Source of the DNA: Candidatus Obscuribacterales bacterium
Lineage (GTDB): Bacteria > Cyanobacteriota > Vampirovibrionia > Obscuribacterales > Obscuribacteraceae
DNA: 64,000 nucleotides
Assembly (NCBI GenBank): GCA_965228855.1
Contig: CBDDIJ010000003.1
Span: forward strand, 544,001 to 608,000
Direction: 5' to 3'
The first letter of the stretch is position 1. Every line of letters begins with the position of its first letter. Positions 58,910 through 64,000 of the stretch are shown here, one piece after another. Both the position numbers and the translations under genes were made by a program. Below the pieces are notes generated by a model. The model had not been told where the DNA came from. It ran no database searches and saw only the letters and a program-made list of their open reading frames with translations.

Positions 58910-60750
58910 TTCTTCTGCGTGCGCAGGCTGGAAGTCTTTTCAGGCTTCTTGCTGCCTTCGCCGAAGTAAGAATTCTTCAAGAGCATAGGCATATCATTCT
59001 CATGTGATTCACGCTCTAAGTCGACCTCAGATATGAGAACGGATGGAGTGACTATGCTGTTTCCCGTTCCTCCATAGCTGTTTGGAAAGGTTACCGCGTA
59101 TGCGTCGCTGTCGTCTCCGACAGCTTGAATATCGCGGAAGAGGCGATGAGACAATCGAGTGAAGTTGGCGCCGCGAACGAGTTCTTCTTTTCCGTCTTTG
59201 ACGCTCACCTTATAGAGAAGAGTTGGGGCAGTGATATGAATCTCGTTACCGTTGCCGAAGAAAAACGAGTTTCGGCCTGGAGTGATCGAGCCTAGAACGC
59301 CGGTAGAAATATGCCGGACGATATAGACGTGGTCTAGCGCTTCCTCTTTACCCAGCGCGATCAGTTGCTCCTTCAGTTTGGCCAGTGATTCGGTCTTGCT
59401 TGAGTTTATAAACAGTTGAGAAGTCGACGCACCACCGGCGATCCAATGTCCATTGCTCGCTTTGACTTCGCGACTGGGGGTACGTCCAGAACAAAAGGTT
59501 TTCAGATAGCCGTTTTCGACTAGCGTAACCTTCTGTGCTTTCACTCCTTCGTCATCAACGAGGTATCCGCCTTTCAGCTGTTTACCCTTGTATTCGCGCG
59601 CCAGTGGATCGTCGACGACCGAAAGAAATGTTGGCAAAATTCGCCTGCCGATTTTGTCGTTAGTCGTTTCGAATCGAGAACCGAATGCATTGATTGCTGT
59701 CGCCTTGTTGGTCAGTCTGGGAGCCAAGGCTTGAACGAAGAGTTCTGCGGCCGCCTGTTTTTCGAACAAGATCGGACCTCGATAATCTTCGATCGGTTTG
59801 GCATCAGTGAGTTCTTTCACCCTTTTAGCCAGGTCTTTTGCCTTCTCTTCAATTTCCTTTTGAGTCGGAAGCGCCTTTTCGTCGCGCGACGCGAAGACTT
59901 CAAAGTCAGAGACTCTCATGCCATCCGGTGCTTGACCGTTCGCGCTGATACCGAATACGATGCCTTGATGACCCTCTCTGTTGAGGGAACCTTCTGAGTT
60001 GGCGAACCATCTTGTTTTCGCTCTACTGAGAAACGCAACTGTAGAGTCGACCACCGCCGGATAATCTCGGAATACGCCCGAAATCTCTTTTACTGTTTTT
60101 CTCCAACCCTCGCGATCTATGTTGAGATCCTGAGACGGCTGCATGGAAATCACAGCGTCCACCTTCGTCATCGAATCAGGTAGGTCCTCTACCTTCTTTT
60201 GCTGCAGAATTGCTTTCTTATTGTCGAGTGATTCAATGGCGCGCTTATAACCGAAATCGCTATTCAGCCACAATTCGTGCCGTATAGCATCGTAGTTATC
60301 GTCGAGGCTGCAAGTTCCTCGACGTCCCATCATTCCGCCAATCCCACGATGACCGGAACTGTCCAGCTTATAATCTCCGATTCTCACATCGCTGGTCACA
60401 CTTCGGAATCTACTGTCGTTGACTTGATCAAGGGCACCGAAGCTTCCGTAAATGGTGAACGCCTGCATATCAGAACCATAATATGCGACGAAATAGGGCG
60501 ACTGTCTTCCCGGAATTTTCAACTCGTTAACCGAGCGCAGAAGTTCATCTTCCATCGCCCTGGACATAGTGTCATCTGCGTGTTTCGATGCGTCCTTTAT
60601 CGCCTCCTTAGGAGGCTCGACCGGTTTTGTAATAACCTCTTTAGTGCTTAATTCGTCCGATACCGGCTTAGAGGCTTCTGTTTGAGCTCTCACTGCTGAG
60701 CCCAAAACAATTGTATATGCAAGTGCAACTATATATGGTGCTAGTTTCAT
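58903..60750 (-). CDS. TldE/PmbA-like non-catalytic partner with signal peptide
   Basis: Paralog of the adjacent TldD (AM.DEL.RS, PYF, Y.GPIL, VVDDP, DDEGV.A, SNGH, EELVRG) but no HExxxH; ATGA overlap with the upstream stop. Confidence 0.8.
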   Translation of the reverse strand: MKLAPYIVALAYTIVLGSAVRAQTEASKPVSDELSTKEVITKPVEPPKEAIKDASKHADDTMSRAMEDELLRSVNELKIPGRQSPYFVAYYGSDMQAFTIYGSFGALDQVNDSRFRSVTSDVRIGDYKLDSSGHRGIGGMMGRRGTCSLDDNYDAIRHELWLNSDFGYKRAIESLDNKKAILQQKKVEDLPDSMTKVDAVISMQPSQDLNIDREGWRKTVKEISGVFRDYPAVVDSTVAFLSRAKTRWFANSEGSLNREGHQGIVFGISANGQAPDGMRVSDFEVFASRDEKALPTQKEIEEKAKDLAKRVKELTDAKPIEDYRGPILFEKQAAAELFVQALAPRLTNKATAINAFGSRFETTNDKIGRRILPTFLSVVDDPLAREYKGKQLKGGYLVDDEGVKAQKVTLVENGYLKTFCSGRTPSREVKASNGHWIAGGASTSQLFINSSKTESLAKLKEQLIALGKEEALDHVYIVRHISTGVLGSITPGRNSFFFGNGNEIHITAPTLLYKVSVKDGKEELVRGANFTRLSHRLFRDIQAVGDDSDAYAVTFPNSYGGTGNSIVTPSVLISEVDLERESHENDMPMLLKNSYFGEGSKKPEKTSSLRTQKNQ

Positions 60751-62642
60751 TTGCGTTGTCCCTCGCTTTGCGGAGCGCGGTCCGCGAATGCAGGTGGTGG
60801 CAGAATTGGAGGTTTGTCTTGCTCTTTCCATTCCCGCGCCGTCTCAACCGTACGTACGAGCAAGCTAGGTGACGAAGCCGACACTGGAACCCAGCCCGAT
60901 TCTGCGCCGCAAACTCCACTGAATGTGTCAATGTCATCCGCCGCGCACAGAATAGTTTCCAGCGACGCAAGAGGTGTTCCAACCAAGTTTACACCGCGCA
61001 GGAGTTCATCAGGTTTTCCGTCTGCCCATACCTTGGTTACGCGCAGGGGCAGCAATTGAAATGACTGTGGCATAAACGCTTGTGTGAGTGCAAAACCGCC
61101 GGCTATATCGTCGAAGATCAGACCGTATGGTTTACCCTGACGCTTCGCTTCTTCCACGAGCATTCGTTTAAGTTCTTCAAACGGAACGGTTTTGTTCGAT
61201 TGAACTATCAGGTTACCCTGACGCGCTACAGGTTTGCTGCCAGGCTGACAGCGACTGTGACCGTTCGACCTGTTGAAGTTGACAATCGGACTGCGGCCCA
61301 TCAAAAAGTTTCTCAACGTGCCGTTTTCGACGATGGTGACGCGCTCCGCTGCAACACCTTCGTTGTCGAACTTGTAGTGTCCAACCAGCGGACGTTCGTT
61401 CATCTTTGACAGCGTCGGATCATCGAACACACTGATGAACTCTGGCATGATTTTCTGATTAACTTTCTTGGCGAATGTTCTACCTTCGTCTTCATCTTTC
61501 TGTCTATGTCCCTCGACCCGGTGACCAAGGACCTCGTGAAAAAATACTCCAGATGCGCGACCGCGCAGGATTGCCGGTCCAACATATGGTTCCGCAACTG
61601 GGGCTTTTCTCAGAGCGATAATCGACTGCGCTAGCGCGCGAATCTTCTTCTCGAGTAATGCGTCATCAGGTAAATCTTTCGGATCAAACACGTCGATACT
61701 ATCGTAGAGATAGAGAGTCATTCCGTCAGGTGCAATCGTGCTCACGCTCGTGGAGACTCTCGCCTGGCGGTCCTGAGTGCGGAGTTTAGTACCTTCGCTC
61801 GTCGTCACATAACGCTCGTCCAGGTCGATATCGAGTTGAACGTCGGAGTCTGTGATTTCCGGATATTCCTTATAGATTGCCGATAGTTTTCGCAACCGTT
61901 CCTTCCACAATGTCGTGTCCACTGTCGGTTTGAGAGAAGTCTCAAGTGATACCACGGGTGGTGCTGGTGAAAAGTCGGCGGATTGGTCCTCTTCGATGAC
62001 TTTGACGGTGCGATTTGCCTGAACCTGTATGAGATTCCTCTGCGCGCGCTTGAATGCATCATCGGTTACTAGCCAGAGAGCCGTTCTGATTGCGGGTTCA
62101 TCGTCATCCAGCGAGAATTCGACGGCACTGCGAGAATCCAGGAAATATCTTTCCATCGGCACGTCGAAGTTGCCGCGCAGTTTGTGGCTCGAATCGATTT
62201 CCATATTTCCAACTCGGGCTTCGACGTCAAGAATTCGCCGACGATTTTGCCCGTCTGCTTCGATAGCTCCATAGCTGGCGGTAAGGTTAACGTCTTCCGA
62301 GTCATATACGCGGTAGCTGAGGAAATACAGAGGTGCAGTTCCCATGGGCTTCAGCTTATCCATGCTTCTGTGCAATTCTTTGGTCATAGCGTCGAGGAGA
62401 ATGTCGCCTGTGACCGCACCTATCGCCGCATCTTGCCCTCGTTGCAGCGTGCTGGGCGCAGTCAACATTTTTGCGTTGCCGGAGACTGTTGCTGTCGAGG
62501 CTTGGGTTGTAAGCTGCGATGTAGATGTTTTCGACGCTGTGCCTGAGAATGTACCGGCAAGGGCTGCGGATGAGTTTAAGAGCGCTGCGAAGCTGACCAT
62601 TGACGAAAGCAGCGCTTTGTAACCGTATGATTTTTGAGACAT
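60747..62642 (-). CDS. TldD-family metalloprotease with signal peptide
   Basis: FFHEVLGHRVEG zinc motif, DDPT, DNEGV, SNGH.R, GVCG Cys; signal-like N-terminus. Confidence 0.88.
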   Translation of the reverse strand: MSQKSYGYKALLSSMVSFAALLNSSAALAGTFSGTASKTSTSQLTTQASTATVSGNAKMLTAPSTLQRGQDAAIGAVTGDILLDAMTKELHRSMDKLKPMGTAPLYFLSYRVYDSEDVNLTASYGAIEADGQNRRRILDVEARVGNMEIDSSHKLRGNFDVPMERYFLDSRSAVEFSLDDDEPAIRTALWLVTDDAFKRAQRNLIQVQANRTVKVIEEDQSADFSPAPPVVSLETSLKPTVDTTLWKERLRKLSAIYKEYPEITDSDVQLDIDLDERYVTTSEGTKLRTQDRQARVSTSVSTIAPDGMTLYLYDSIDVFDPKDLPDDALLEKKIRALAQSIIALRKAPVAEPYVGPAILRGRASGVFFHEVLGHRVEGHRQKDEDEGRTFAKKVNQKIMPEFISVFDDPTLSKMNERPLVGHYKFDNEGVAAERVTIVENGTLRNFLMGRSPIVNFNRSNGHSRCQPGSKPVARQGNLIVQSNKTVPFEELKRMLVEEAKRQGKPYGLIFDDIAGGFALTQAFMPQSFQLLPLRVTKVWADGKPDELLRGVNLVGTPLASLETILCAADDIDTFSGVCGAESGWVPVSASSPSLLVRTVETAREWKEQDKPPILPPPAFADRAPQSEGQRK

Positions 62643-62759
62643 TTTCCAGTTTCGAGAGCTATATGGATGGCATATGCTAACGAACTTTGCAACGACATAC
62701 AAGCATCAGCTGCCGTCGGAGGAAGAGCCGCGCTGACCGAGTTGCTTTTAAACGGGCGC

Positions 62760-63092
62760 CTACTCCGGCATATTCCTAATTGGGTCGATTTCAAAAGTCT
62801 GCCTGGCACCCTTCAATTGGTCGCCGCTGCGAGCGCTCAGCCGTTGGTGGCGACCCGAATCAATGCGCCAGTAGCCTTTAGCCTCGTCAACATCGAGGTT
62901 TTCGCTTGCTCGATGCGCGACGCGCCCTGCGAAATAGCCGTCAGAATCCAATGTCTCATTGTCGGACTTCCGCTCAAGCCTGTCCGTCACTTGCTTCAGG
63001 CGAGATAAAGTTCCTGGGTCATCCAATTCATCAGGCTGCGGCGCGAATTTTGCAACAAGGCTTTTAGCCAGCATGTTGAGCTTTTCGTACAT
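62760..63092 (-). CDS. Hypothetical protein (110 aa)
   Basis: ATG-started ORF in the gap, co-oriented with the TldD gene. Confidence 0.5.
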   Translation of the reverse strand: MYEKLNMLAKSLVAKFAPQPDELDDPGTLSRLKQVTDRLERKSDNETLDSDGYFAGRVAHRASENLDVDEAKGYWRIDSGRHQRLSARSGDQLKGARQTFEIDPIRNMPE

Positions 63093-63302
63093 ATTTGACC
63101 CTTATATAATTGGATTGGTCGACGGAAGCGGCCCGTATTACAACGCTAGCCGATCCGAGTGCTTAGTAACTATAGAGCGCGGAATAAAGATGTATAGGTT
63201 TCCCCATATAGGAAATTAATTGGTGGTCCTAAAGCGTCTGATTTGTCGAAACGGTTCGCCATTCGGGACATTACTGAGGTTCGATGACAGAGGAGACAAG
63301 GG

Positions 63303-63821
63303 TTGATGAAACGTACGTCTGACAAACTGCTTCTGCTGGGAGCTTTGAGTATGTCGCTAACAGCCTCCGGTTGTGCCGGCGGTGGAGCGAACATACCTGA
63401 CACGATTAATGAAAGGGCAAAGACACTGGTTGTACGCTCCAACTTGCTTGAAGTGCAGAAGGCAGCGGAAAAGTATTTCAAAGATCATACGTACATGTAT
63501 CCAACCGCGATAGATGACGATTTCAAAAGTTATTTCGATGGTGGCGATCCTGCGACAAAAAAGCCAGGCAAACCTCCAATCAATCCCTTTACTGGCAATC
63601 CGGAATTCCCAGTGCTCGGAACAATCACGGATCTCGACCAGGCTCGTCAGGCGCCACCCGGTGATTTGAAAAGAGGTGTGATTGAATACAGCGCTTTGGA
63701 AAACGGAAAAAGTTATGGTATCAGGGGCGGTGACGAGAAGGATAAGGCTTTGCACAGCGAAGATGCCGCCCAGACGGGAACTCTTATCATCTCGAGAGAT
63801 ACCTGGAAGCCGTCAAACTGA
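63303..63821 (+). CDS. Lipoprotein with pilin/pseudopilin-like globular domain
   Basis: Lipobox-like TASG-C; VRSNLLEVQKAAEKY..DH...YP helix and NPFTG motif; GAGGAG RBS. Confidence 0.6.
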   Translation: MMKRTSDKLLLLGALSMSLTASGCAGGGANIPDTINERAKTLVVRSNLLEVQKAAEKYFKDHTYMYPTAIDDDFKSYFDGGDPATKKPGKPPINPFTGNPEFPVLGTITDLDQARQAPPGDLKRGVIEYSALENGKSYGIRGGDEKDKALHSEDAAQTGTLIISRDTWKPSN

Positions 63822-63924
63822 CGGAACGCATCCGCACTCAATTCGAGTCAGACGGTTAAATGACATGGCACAGATTGAAGACGGCGTTATACTTAAGTAG
63901 TAGGCTGGTTGGTTCGGGGCAAGG

Positions 63925-64000
63925 ATGTATTATTCGCATACACAAGTTGTGCCGCCGAAAACCCTGGTCGGGGTCGGCACTCTAGCGACCATTGGCGCAT
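63925..64000 (+). CDS. 5' fragment of a CDS, possibly an iron-containing alcohol dehydrogenase
   Basis: MYYSHTQVVPPKTLVGVGTLATIGA resembles the P..+..G.G.+ start of Fe-ADH; only 25 codons visible. Confidence 0.3.
   Translation, partial: MYYSHTQVVPPKTLVGVGTLATIGA

Overview
Gene-dense bacterial chromosomal window with no rRNA, tRNA, CRISPR array, transposase or phage module recognisable by eye. The gene style (signal-peptide TPR-matrixins, TPR-caspase, FecR-like and VirB10-like secreted proteins, TonB-C protein, stand-alone Hanks kinase, NTT transporter) resembles non-photosynthetic cyanobacterial relatives such as Ca. Obscuribacterales; this taxonomy is inference only. The ORF track misses the largest gene, a minus-strand coiled-coil protein of at least 1357 aa (<1..4071) made of 669/816/837-bp tandem units with nested 21-bp heptad arrays. 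Other content: Ser/Thr kinase, AlkD, MprF/LysX-like transferase, a FecR-CHASE2 kinase-response regulator-matrixin operon, a rifamycin-phosphotransferase-like enzyme, queC-queE-queF behind an ATE/Bpt transferase, GH1 glucosidase, four Usp genes around an OmpR-type two-component pair, subtilase, NTT-family transporter, MscS, an esterase plus three-amidoligase cluster (ATP-grasp, circularly permuted ATP-grasp, GCS2), TPR-caspase and an apparently exported TldD/TldE-like pair. The best candidates for new biology are the three-ligase cluster, the heptad-expanding giant coiled coil, three apparent pseudoenzymes, a zinc-finger/Roadblock fusion and the FecR-Gly-zipper/CHASE2/matrixin operon. All calls come from motif recognition by eye; no searches were run.
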